Source: Lama glama (taxonomy: Eukaryota). Taken from it: 64,000 nt of DNA. The notes under the pieces are model-generated. The model was not told the origin of the DNA, did no database searches, and saw only the letters and a program-made list of their open reading frames with translations. Made by a program: the position numbers and the translations under genes. Positions 28,501 through 40,300 of the stretch are shown in pieces (positions within the stretch are counted from its first letter, which is position 1; each line of letters opens with the position of its first letter). The stretch is taken from the NCBI GenBank assembly GCA_028534125.1, contig CM052826.1, positions 7,936,001 through 8,000,000 of the forward strand, given 5' to 3'.

Positions 28501-30575
28501 GGTAGTGGAAGGATTTGCTACCAAAGTCTTGAGTGCCCTTTGGACTTTGTGCAGTAGGTATTAGCTATTAAAATAATAAAACTAATTGTTAAAAGGGAGG
28601 ATTGATTCCAGGGTAAAAAAAAATTGAACTTTGCCTTCAAAGAATGTAAACGTGTGTGTTTGAACGCATGCGCACATGTGCACTAGGAATCCCCATCACT
28701 TCTGCTTCTTTATGTTGCAGGGTGATGCGTGTGTGTTTGGGAGAGTGTGCCGAGCCTGATCGGAGAGGTGTCTGCATCCTGGCATCCCCACAACAGCCTT
28801 CAGGACCTTCCTTGCTTCCTGATTAGGAATGACAAAGGAGAAGAGGCCACGCACGCCTCTGGGGCAGAGTTTTTATCCCATTCATTCTGCAGGTATTTAT
28901 TACAGACCCACTCTGCACCACATCCAACAGAAAGCAGGGTAAGGAAAGTCCCTGTGTTTAAGATCTTATGTTCTAGAGGGAAGAGGCAGGCGAGGGGGAT
29001 GTAACAAGATCATGCAGAGAGGAACAGTGCTCTGAAGCAAACAAAGCAGGTTACTGTGTCAGAGTGACATGTGGGAGGGTCAGTGGATGGGGTGGCCCAG
29101 GGTCAGGGTGGAGAGGCTCTCCAAGGGGGTGAGGCTTGAGCTGAGATCTGAATAGTGATGAACAGAGGGCTGTAAGGAGGCAGGACAGTGGAAGAGTGTA
29201 TCAGACAGAAGGAACCAGAGGTGCAAAGGCCCTGTGGTGTGGCTGGAGTCTGGTTAGCAGAGGGACAGTTCACTGGACAGATCTTACCTGTTAGCTTTCT
29301 TGGGAAGGAGAAGGCACCGAGATCGTCAATGTGCATATGGCAAAAGATTTAGTTAAAAAGGCAACCACTGGCTTAGTGAATGGGACAAACAGACCCAGTG
29401 AAGTTTACTGAGTGTTTCTTTTCAGACTAGTCTCCTGGTCCCCTCACTGTTCTCCATACCCCCACGCAGAGAAACCACAGGATTTCATGACTTCATTCTT
29501 CAAAACCCAATGTTCAAAGTTCCCTTAAGTAGGGCCCCACGTGACATGGTAACTCCAGGAAACAGAAACGAGCTAAAAGACAATAGAAATTCTCAAGTCC
29601 AAAGGTGGGATTTGCATCCCAGATCTGGCCATTCATTATCTGAGTGACCTTGAGAAGGTTATTTCACATTTCTGAGCTTTTGTTTCTTGAAGATTCTGGA
29701 GAAGACATACTCATGATTTCAAGTGGAATATTTATTCTTCAATTTCTTGCCAGGCAACCAACAAGATGTATTGGTGGTTGGCCAGTGAACTGTTTTTTTG
29801 TAGAGAATTCAATGCCATGGCTGACAGAGGGCCGTCTGCCTTCCACAGAGGTGGTCTGTTCCTCCCTGCAAATTCTCCCTCAGCTAAAGCAGCACGAGGA
29901 GAGGCACTTCTCTGGCTGGAGCCTTTCCCCCACACAAGGAGGGCACTTAGAGCTCTGCTTCCTAGAACTTGCCTTGTTAAGAAGGGGGCTCTACTCGCTC
30001 CGTCACCCCTCCCTCAGTGGTCCTCGGGGGCCTGGAGAGGGTCATGCATTTTAGTGCCCCCAATGGGACTTTCTAGTAGGACGTGGGGCCTCACCACTTC
30101 GCCTCTGCCCGGGCCTCATTCATACCATACCCCCGGGTCCCTCAAACTGCAGCGTGCAGAAGACTGACAGGAGGAACGTGGGTCAGAGCAGGTCTCGGGG
30201 CCATCCTTGTTGGGGAGGGGTCCAGGGGTCCGTGTTTTTAACAAGCTGCCCCAGGTGATTCGGACATGGCTGGTAGGACAACATACTCTGAGCAGAGCTG
30301 CACAGGCTACCGTCAGGGAGAAGGGAGACATTCACCACTTGTTTGTTAAAGGCTGACCTGGGATTGTCGGCGAAGGCTCCAGCTGAGCTGTCCTTTTCAC
30401 TTAATGAGCAAATGAGTGGACCAAAGGAAAAAAAAAAAACAAACCATCGGCTGCACTGGGGATGGGAGGGGTGGGAATGACTGGGAAGAGGGTTGATCAA
30501 GAATCAGGGAAACACAGACAAAGTGAGGTGGTGGGGGAGAAACAGAGAGAGAGGAAGTTCGTTCAGAAAGGCCAC

Positions 30576-30581
30576 TTTATT
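30576..30581 (-). promoter_or_regulatory. Candidate WWC1 polyadenylation signal (AATAAA), distal
   Basis: Minus-strand AATAAA about 715 nt after the stop, followed by U/GU-rich sequence. A second AATAAA lies at 30976-30981. Confidence 0.55.
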
Positions 30582-31293
30582 GATGGAGATAAGACTGAAA
30601 GGCGCTCTCCACAGCCCTCCCTCACTCGCTTCGGTGGCTTCACTGGGCATCTGAGACCCGTGGGGGCTGCCTGTCGCCAGCATGGGCCGGGCCATGGCCC
30701 AGTCAGCCCCACGCTGCCCGCCCCACGTCAGGCGGCCACATACAAACACGTCACAGCTCATGAAGATTTGTGGGTGCACCTCAGAATCCCCCAAAAGGTT
30801 CCCGTGCATTTTTTTTTAATATTGTACAAAATATGTTAAGTAGGAAAGGTCAGCTGTGCTGTGACATTGGCAGGACGTCCTTTGAGGATTACCGTCCCCC
30901 AAACATTACTTCTTATTGCAGTGAAACCTCTAGAAGGTAGAGCTGTACAAAAAAAAAAAAAAAAAACTAAACGATTTTATTTTAAGAAGAGCAGTAACTT
31001 AACACTGCTTTAGTTCTTTTAAATTTTCTTTCTCAAAAATACATTCCTAAATATACAAACTATACAATCTTGTTGTTGTAATGCTGGTTTTCTGTTTTTT
31101 TGTATGTGTGTTTTTGTTTTTGTTTTTTTAATAATAATAGAACCCAAACTAAAAAATCGGCTCGTCTTCAAACCAACAAGAGTGCTGGAGGACTTGTGAC
31201 TCGGTACCTTCATATAACACCACATAAATAACTTTAGCCACAGTCTAGGTTCACAGCGTGGTCAGTGGAACAAAAGAAATACTTTTCTGGCGA

Positions 31294-31360
31294 TTAGACG
31301 TCGTCCGCAGAGAGGGTTGGGATATTCATCCGAGGCCGGGTGAAAAAGGCCATCTTCTCC
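31294..31360 (-). CDS. WWC1: WWC1 last exon coding part
   Basis: [21 protein letters not shown] (PDZ-binding motif); TAA at 31294-31296. Confidence 0.95.
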
Positions 31361-34300
31361 CTGTGAAAGAGGCCAGCCCTTTAGAGCTGGGTTTTCAACC
31401 CCACTTTACAGATGTTACAGGCAGAATCCCTCTCTGTCGTGGGGCCGTCCTGGGCACGGTAGGATGTTTAAGGGCATCTCTGGTCTCTACTCACCAGAGG
31501 CCAGGAGCGCTCTCCCTCCCCTTCCTCCAGTTGTGACAATCAAAAATGACCCAAGACATTGCCAAATGTCCCCAGGATCCCCAGATCATCCCTGGTTGAG
31601 ATCCTCTGCTTAAGGGGACATCAGCAGAACCAGCCATCTTCAGTTCTAATCAGAGGCCTCTGGAGTCTAAAAGGGCCCTTGGGCCACTTGCACTGTTTGG
31701 CTTAGATTCCCAATTGGCTAAAACCTAAGGGATGTCAATGTGGTTATAAAGATTACAGTCTAGTTTACATGTTCATATTCCACCAAGGAATTTTTTTTTG
31801 CACATACATGATCACGAGTATCTTTTCTGAGAGAACATCACAAGACTAAATGCAAAGCACTCTGTGAACAGGAGGCCTCCCGCCACGTGGCATGAGGGGC
31901 CCTCCTGTGACACGCCTGGGTCCGGTGCCGTAAGAAGGCATCGCCGTGAGATCCCGGCAGGCAGCAGGCAGGGCTAGGGAGGCCCGGCAAGCATCCGTCA
32001 CCCCCAGGCTTATTTATCATCCAGCCAATCCTCCGCAATTACCAGGGATGGAAACGCTAAGAGGCAAGGCCAGAGCAGGTGGCTCATTCATTAAACAAGA
32101 GGATCGGACAAATTAGCTTGAGTTGTGCGGGGACTGATAAAGACGGGCGAGGGACAGCACCGCAGACCGCTGGGGACGGCTTGGCCGAGGGTGAGCACCT
32201 GCTACAGTGGGGCATGTGGGGCGGGGAGCAGGGACACCAAGGAAAGCAGGCAGGCTGAGTAGGCTGGCTGTGAGGGGAAAGGCGGGTTGGCCAGGCACCC
32301 GCTTGCTGACCTGAAGGACTGCACCTCCGGGGGCTCCTTACAGCTCTGGCCACGAAGCCTGTGCACGTCCTTGGCGGCCGTCCTCATCATCTTGTCTGTC
32401 TGAAGCTCGCCCTTGTGCTCTGCTCGGTCCATCTGTAGGGCAAAGTGAGGTAGCGGGGAGTCTTTAGGAGGTCAGCCAAGGAGAACTTTCTAGCACAAAC
32501 GAGGAGTCCACTGTGAAAAGTTTGGGGGTCACCAAACAGGCAGCCTCACTCTTCTTGTCCCACCGCAGGATCCTCTTGATTGCAAATGATGAGGGGAAGT
32601 GACCCCACTGTCTGTCAGAAACGACAGGTTTCTGGGGCCAGGGGACTGAATACCTGTGGGGACCTGTCGGCAGAAAGGAGACGAGGGCTGCCTGGTGAAA
32701 TGTGTGCTAAGTCTCTAACCCCCAGGGCCACTGCGGAAGGTAAAGTTTACAACGACCTCTCTGTTATAGAGAGGATGCTAAGGCTTTCGCACGTTAAGAA
32801 ACTTCTTTCATGTCAAACAACTAAGATACGGTGGAAACCCAGTTCCCTGTCATGAAGTTTTGTTCAAGGTTTTTAGGTATGTTACACCTCTTCCTCCTGA
32901 TGCAAAACCTATAGAAGCACTTTTGAGAACAAACCAGAGAGCCCTAAAGTATCTATGCAACATACCCTTAAAAATGCTGCATGAAGACAGAATTTTGGTC
33001 AATGAAGCTACCATTTAAGTAGCTCTTTAATAGTTCATTATCAGACAATCATAGATGTACTTTTTTTTTTAATATTTGAAAGGTCAGTTTTTCTTACTTG
33101 GTGCTTCCTTAAGGCAGGGCACATATGTACTTATTTTCTTACCTCTTTTTGCCTTTGCTACTAGGAAGCTCCAAAATAAATGTAATAGACAACTACCATT
33201 GGATTAGGGATATATTTCTTTCTTTCTTTTCCTTAAAACTTTCTCCAATTCTCTATTTTCCCTTAATGCTCTTATTATAAATATATTTGATATAAGTAAT
33301 GAATAAGAAGGAAACAAACGTTTCTGGAACTTCTGAATTACCAGAGTCAACTGAAAACTCCCACATTAGTCCAGACCTAAGAAGCCCAGCACCACTTTCC
33401 TGCTCTATCACCACCTGCACTGAGAACTGGAAATTCAGCTAATGGCCTTCCCAACAATCCAGGCAGGCGCCCTCTGTAAGGTGCTCTTGCACTGTTTGGC
33501 TGTGTGCAAGAAAACTAGCAAAAGTCTGTCATTCCCACCCTGGGCGGCAGTCCCGGCAGCTATTACAGGAATGAGTCAGACGGCCTCCGTGTGTTTTCTC
33601 TGTGGTGTTTACTTCTTCACTATAGTCTGGGACCTGCTAGCTCAAGAGCCACACTGGTGTCAAAGTCAAATTTTTACTCATCCAATTATTTTAAATGTAG
33701 CTCAAACAAGCAGATTTTGTAGCCATTTAGAATCTGCCGGCTTTGCATGCCCCGCGAAGCTGCACCCAACAACTGCTAGCTTTAGACAAGATAAACCCCA
33801 GGCTATGAAAGACCCCAAAATGCTGTTGCTTTGGAGTTCTCCAATCCAGAGACTCCTCATGGGGCTCTGAGTGACATCACCTGGATACACAGGCCCCCCT
33901 CTCCCCTGGGGGGGGGGGTCCCCCTGCCCTCCTCCCCTCTAGGTCGTGGCCCCAGAACAGTTGCCCTTGGGAGTTCTCAGGCAGTGAGGGACTTCCCTCG
34001 CAGGCAACCTTGTGAAAGCATCGTGCGCCATGGCCATTTTGTGGTTCTTTCTCTTTGAGCAGTGCTGGGATCCCTCAGACTCACTATACTAGGGCAGAGA
34101 CATAAGCAGACCTGTAGTTCCCGGCATCTCCATCAGGACAAAGCCCTGCCAGGAGCCGCTCCTCTCCCCTTTGGAGACGCCTGCTCTGCGGGACGGCAGG
34201 GGCAGGCACTGGGGCAGGTCAGTGTTCTGTATTTACTCCGCTAAAATGTGTGCCCCAGCACAGATTAGGTACCAAATATGTTGGATGAAGGACTGCCCAG

Positions 34301-37300
34301 AGGAATAAGCGAATAATAAGGCTCTGCACAGTTAAAACACGGGACTGCAGCGAAAGGACGTGGCAGCCAGTGCAAGACTTAATATTAAGTTCCCTACCAG
34401 GCGGAGGGATTCCTGCATCCCTTTGCTGAGGTCTGTGCGGGGTCCCAGGAACGCTCTCAGGGGGGTCACAGGACTTCAGGACCCCTTCAAAGCCCTGGCC
34501 ACCCTCCATGGCAGCTCCGGGCCCTCTGCACCTGCGGAGAGAGCGACCTCCCTTCTCTCGGCGCCGCTCACCCGCTTCTCCAGCATCCTCAGCAGCAGGC
34601 GGAAGCGCTCATCCTCGCGCAGCCACTGCGGGAGCTCCTTCTCCCCGTGACTCTTGGCTTGCTCCAGCTGCTCCTTGAGCTCCTTCAGCACCGAGATCTC
34701 CTGAGTCAGCTGGCTGTGCCAGGTCCTGGTCGCTTGCAGGTCCAACTCGAGGTCCAGTGAGGTGCGGAGCAGGCGCTCAGCGCGCAGGGATTTGACGGAC
34801 GAGGGCTGCGAGGGGTGAATTGGTCGGTTTTGACTCGTTACTACAGGGCCGGGTCCAGTGGGCCCACAGGGCCGGGTCCAGTGGGCCCGCACGACCCCTC
34901 CTCTGACACCCCAGATGCCCTCCTTCATTCAGCCGCAGGCTTCCACTCCCTCAGAAATGGGGCTCGCCTCCCCTCTCGAGTCTGTCTTGATTTCTCCTAT
35001 GTCTACAACTCACGCGATTGAGCCTTTTCATGCCCCAGGCACGATGCTGGACGCCTTACTTTTGCTACCTCAGTTCATTTTCACAACCCTCTGAGGTCCC
35101 GACTGCTACCCTCTGTAAGGACCAGGCTCCCAGAGGTTAAGTCACACAGATGATAAGTAGTCAAGTTGCGATTCCCCCGCCTCCACCCAAGCACCTGCTC
35201 CAGAACCCCCCCCCAGCCCCCCACTCCCTCCCCAGTGCTGTTTCCTCACTCTGTGTCCTCAGCATTGACACTCTCCTTTACTGGGTTCTCCTCACCATCC
35301 TGCTCTGAAGGAGCTTCCTCAATGCAGGCGGGTTCCCCCTGGAGAGGGGAAGACCTGTCTTCTTGGCTTTGTGTTCCTGTGACGGACGCCTATTATTCCT
35401 GCCGGTCCAGCATCCATTTCTCTAGCCTTAGAGTGACAGCACCCTCATCTTCCCTGGGGGAGCCACGCTTCCTCCGTGCTCAATTCCATCTAGCTCACGT
35501 GGGGCTTCAGGGCTAGGAAATGTGACCTGTACCTGGCCACGCAGGATCTCAGTGATGGCTTCTGGGTGAGTATGTCACCTAAGCCCAGCCAGTTAACACT
35601 CAGTTCTGGCACTTCTGCTGAGCTACTGGGGAAAAGGCAGCGTCTTTAGGCAGAGGTTGCTAAGCCAGCAAGATGCAAACCTAGAACGGATCATGGTCAT
35701 CTTTACCAGCATATTGGACGGCCCCGTTTAAGAATTAAGCCATCTGTTTCTAGAACATTTTACTATTCGACCTTCCCACACTAGCGTGTGAGGGTATGCC
35801 AGTTTTTCTCAATGTTTTTTAGTTTTTTACTTGTTTCAGCTGGTGTTTCTCTGATTATTATCCTGGTTGGTCAGTGTGATTTGCCACTTCTTTTGTGAAT
35901 TGTCTTTTTAAATCCTCTTTGTGTTACTGTTGGGATGTATCCTCTTATTACTTACACTTTAATGTACTTTAATGCAAATTGTATATTACTACTTGTAGAT
36001 CACTAATTAAATATATATGACTAATTAAAAAAAAAGATTAAGCCATCTGGAGGTAGCAGTGCCATGAGAGGGGGAGTGAGGCTTGATGACACTGTTTCAG
36101 TTCCTAGCTCAGTCCATGCCTGAAGTTAGTCCAATATCTTAGAGTTTTCCATTAAATGAGCCAATACATTCTCTCTTTCACTCTAAAGCTATATTTGAGT
36201 TGAGTTCTTCAGTTATCTCTATGTAAAAGATATCGATCAAATACCATCAACTCTCCTTCTATCCGAAAACACTAATGATTAAAAAAGGATAACTAAATAA
36301 TTAGGAGACATATGCGCCCTGCATAATCCCCTCCCCTTCAATGTGGGGGCGGATATGATGGGATATCACCTCCATGATTAGGTGTAGCTAATCAGCTGAA
36401 TTTGAGTTAAGCAAAAGAGAGATTATCCTGGGTGGGCCCAACCTAATCAGGTGAGCCCTTAAATGATGAATTGGGCACTTCCTGGAAAGAGATCTCCTGT
36501 TGCCTTGAAGAAGCAATGCATGTTGTGGAGTGGACCACTAGCAGCTGTGAGCCGCCCCCGGCCTGCAGCAAGCAAGAAAACACAAGGGAAATGAACCCTA
36601 CCAACCTGAGGGAGCGTGGAACATGAATCTTCCCCTAGTTAAACCCGTAGATGGAAATGCAGTCAGTCAATGCCTAGATTTCAGCCTGAAAAGACCCTGA
36701 GCAGAGGATCCAGCTAACCTGTGCCTGAACTCCTACCCATGGAAACTGAAATAATGAANNNNNNNNNNNNNNNNNNNNNNNNNNNNNNNNNNNNNNNNNN
36801 NNNNNNNNNNNNNNNNNNNNNNNNNNNNNNNNNNNNNNNNNNNNNNNNNNNNNNNNNNNNNNNNNNNNNNNNNNNNNNNNNNNNNNNNNNNNNNNNNNNN
36901 NNNNNNNNNNNNNNNNNNNNNNNNNNNNNNNNNNNNNNNNNNNNNNNNNNNNNNNNNNNNNNNNNNNNNNNNNNNNNNNNNNNNNNNNNNNNNNNNNNNN
37001 NNNNNNNNNNNNNNNNNNNNNNNNNNNNNNNNNNNNNNNNNNNNNNNNNNNNNNNNNNNNNNNNNNNNNNNNNNNNNNNNNNNNNNNNNNNNNNNNNNNN
37101 NNNNNNNNNNNNNNNNNNNNNNNNNNNNNNNNNNNNNNNNNNNNNNNNNNNNNNNNNNNNNNNNNNNNNNNNNNNNNNNNNNNNNNNNNNNNNNNNNNNN
37201 NNNNNNNNNNNNNNNNNNNNNNNNNNNNNNNNNNNNNNNNNNNNNNNNNNNNNNNNNNGGAGACTCTCAGCGCTCCGGAGAGTGCGGCACCAGCCAGCCA

Positions 37301-40300
37301 CAGCAGACGGAGTTGGGGTCGGGGGGCCAGAGGGGACAGCTGGCCATCCTTGGCATTTGAGGCATGTCCACATTCTCCCACAGTCCGCACTCTCTTCTAT
37401 CTGCATTGCTTCCTTTCTCCTGCTCTCTCTAGTTCTTTCTGGACATGTGTAGGGGAGGGGTGGTGATGGGCACAGGTCCCCCTCCGGGTGCTGGCTGTCA
37501 GCAGCAGGCCTGCGGGAGAGGCGGGGGGCCCGCCCCTGCTTGGGGCTGTCAGCACACTCCCCTTTCTCTGCATGTTCTCTTTCGCGTTGCTCTCTCTGCT
37601 TTTCTGACATTCTGACTCCTGGGTTTCTTCTAGTTCGGCGAACTCACCAGAACCGTTGTTAAGTCTGTGTTGAAAGCCCAAAGTGAGGAGGGCCCCTCTG
37701 TACCTCCTGCAGCCCTGCCTGGTGAAAGTTCCTATCAGGAGTCGGGCCTCTGCCTAATGCTGCCCACCCGGGTCCCTCTGCCAAGTCGCCGTGAGGAGGG
37801 GTGAGATTGCTCTGCGGGGACAGCTTGTGGCCTCTCCCCTTGTGTTTCCAGCTGGACTGGGAGGAGCCCATTTGCACCTCCCTGCTTCTGGTCGGTGTTC
37901 AGGGGGACACCCGGCGTCTCTGCCAGCAGGGAGGGCTGTCAGAACCTTCAATTGCTCAGCCAGCCAGCCAGACGATGAGCAGAGTCCTGCGTGAGGCAGG
38001 GTCCCATCGGTGACTGTGATGTCGTGGGCTGGTTTATTCTTAGTGACTCTGATTTCCACCCAAGAAGACGAGGCCCAGTGTGCACGCTCCTGATCTAACC
38101 TATTCATCATAATAACAAGGTTACATTTATCCTCTGGCACTCTTCCCAGTCTACCCAGGCCTTATGGTTTACCAACTTCTGTTTGCAAATACTGCCGTGC
38201 TTGCAAAGTGACTTTTTTCAAACCAGTGGCTGAGAAGAAATGGTCAGACGTCAGGGGACGTGTGTGCAGGACACACCAGGCTTGGGGAAGTGAGGGGGGA
38301 GCAGGTGCACACACAGCTCCCAGGTGACTGTCTTACCCGTTTCATCCGGACGCTGCGCCGCTCCAAGGAATTTCGAACAAAAGGAGGCTTCTTGGACAGG
38401 GTGGAGCTGTCGCTGTCACTCCGGTTCAGCTGCAAGAGAAAAGTAGTGGAAAGCTAATCAAGGTCTGAGTGCATTGGTCAGGCACCTAGGCTTCCGTTTC
38501 CATGCACCTTCCTCTCCTCTCTAGGTGAACACTGCTGAGCGTGCACTGAATGATAAATGCTGCTATGTGCTCAACATTCCATATCTCCTGTAATCCTTCC
38601 AGCAACCCCAGGGCGGGGAGCATCACTGCCTTACAAACGAGGAGATGGAGAGTTGGGGTTATAGAACCTGCCAAGGCTGGTGAGCCAATAGCAGCACAGA
38701 GGGGTTGACACCAGGCAGTGTGACTCCAGGATACAGTGACCCCCTTGACCTACCACGTTAAGGCCTATTTGCATCAACTCTTCCCTGTCACCCATGGAGC
38801 CTGCCCTTATGGCTCAAATGGAGCCCCTGTCAAGGCTGACAGATACATGAAGAAGCAGCCCAGAGGCAAAGCCTCAGGGACCGTGTCCTTGGAGAAGATG
38901 GAGCAGACGCACTCTGCGAGGGCGGTGCTGGTCACAGCGCTCCCCTCCTCGGCATCCCTTCAATCACTCAGTTATCTGGACTCTCCCCAGAGGGCTAACA
39001 TTCCTCCTCCAGGGCCAGACATCAGGGCTCTGGTCCAGGTGGATGCTTTTCTACTGACAGTGCATGCCCCCAGCGGAGGAGCGGAGAGCGAGGTTAGGGA
39101 GGGTGGCACGTCCCAGGACGTGCGAGGCGGGGCCGTCTTTCTGGAGTCGTATTTCCAAGTCAGTGGGATTGCCACGGGCTGATGCTAGAGTCTGTTTGTT
39201 CTGGCAGCTGGCAGCTCACTGCGGCGGGTCTCTTCTGAGAAGCTGTCCACGTCGTCACTTTTGTGGTTATTAATCATTATTAGTGATCCTGATATTGATA
39301 GTTCTGCTACGCTGACGAACACAGCAGCCCCAGGGATGTCATGGATCAAACAGCTACCACTCTAGGCAGAGTCTCAGCCGGGAGGGGACACAGACAAGAG
39401 CAACAGCAGTAGCAGCCCTGCGAGGTGCCACGGGCTTCATCCTTTGTCGGCAGCTTGTTCTAATCTTCAAACGATCCTAACGGAAGGAACTGAGGCCCAG
39501 AGACACTAAGACACTTTTACAAGCCACACTGCTGGGAAGCATCAGAATAAGATGCTCCAGGTCCAGTCTGTCTGACTCCAAGGCCACGTCCTCTCCTGGC
39601 CCCCAGGATGCACATTAGGGCTCGGAGATGAAACTTACCTACAGACAGAGGGGTGGGCCATCTCGACCGGGTGGAGTCGTGCAAGTGGACCGGCTGGGTA
39701 TCATATCAGAAGGGAGCTTTATCCCACATTATTTCAACCCAAAAGTGGCACTCAGAATGTGGGTCACACGGACTGGAAACGTGGATCAGGACAATCCATT
39801 CTTATCTTTTTTTTTTTTAACAGAGGGAGGTAATTAGGTTTATTTACTTAGTAGAGGTACTGGGAATTGAACCCAGGACCTCATGCATGCTAGGTATGCA
39901 CTCTACCACTGAGCTACACCCTCCCCTGGGACAATCCATTCTTATCTCATAGTTGTTTATGCGTTAAAGACCCCGGGATGAAAGAGTGATGAAAGCTACA
40001 CTCAGTTCTTAAACTTTTCTTACAGAAAGATGTTCTAATGCATCTGATCTCAGGGTAGAGAATATTGTTGCCTTTCCGTTATTTCCATTTAATAGCGAGG
40101 AAAACTGCTATTAGGAGCAGAGAGGTGAAATAATGGAAAGTCACAGGGAGAATTCCAGCACTGCTGATAAATGTGTAGGTGTTAAAGACACGGGGGCTGC
40201 GGGGAGCTGTCACAGGAGTACAAGGCACTGTCCCTACCTTCATGGACTTAGAGTCCAGTGTAGGGCCAAGCTCGGGAAACTCACCAGGTGACACGGGCCA

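Noticed and set aside
36674-37610. Long ORFs of 238-298 aa (also at 3545-3843 and 45742-45999)
   Set aside because: Artefacts of translating through N gaps.
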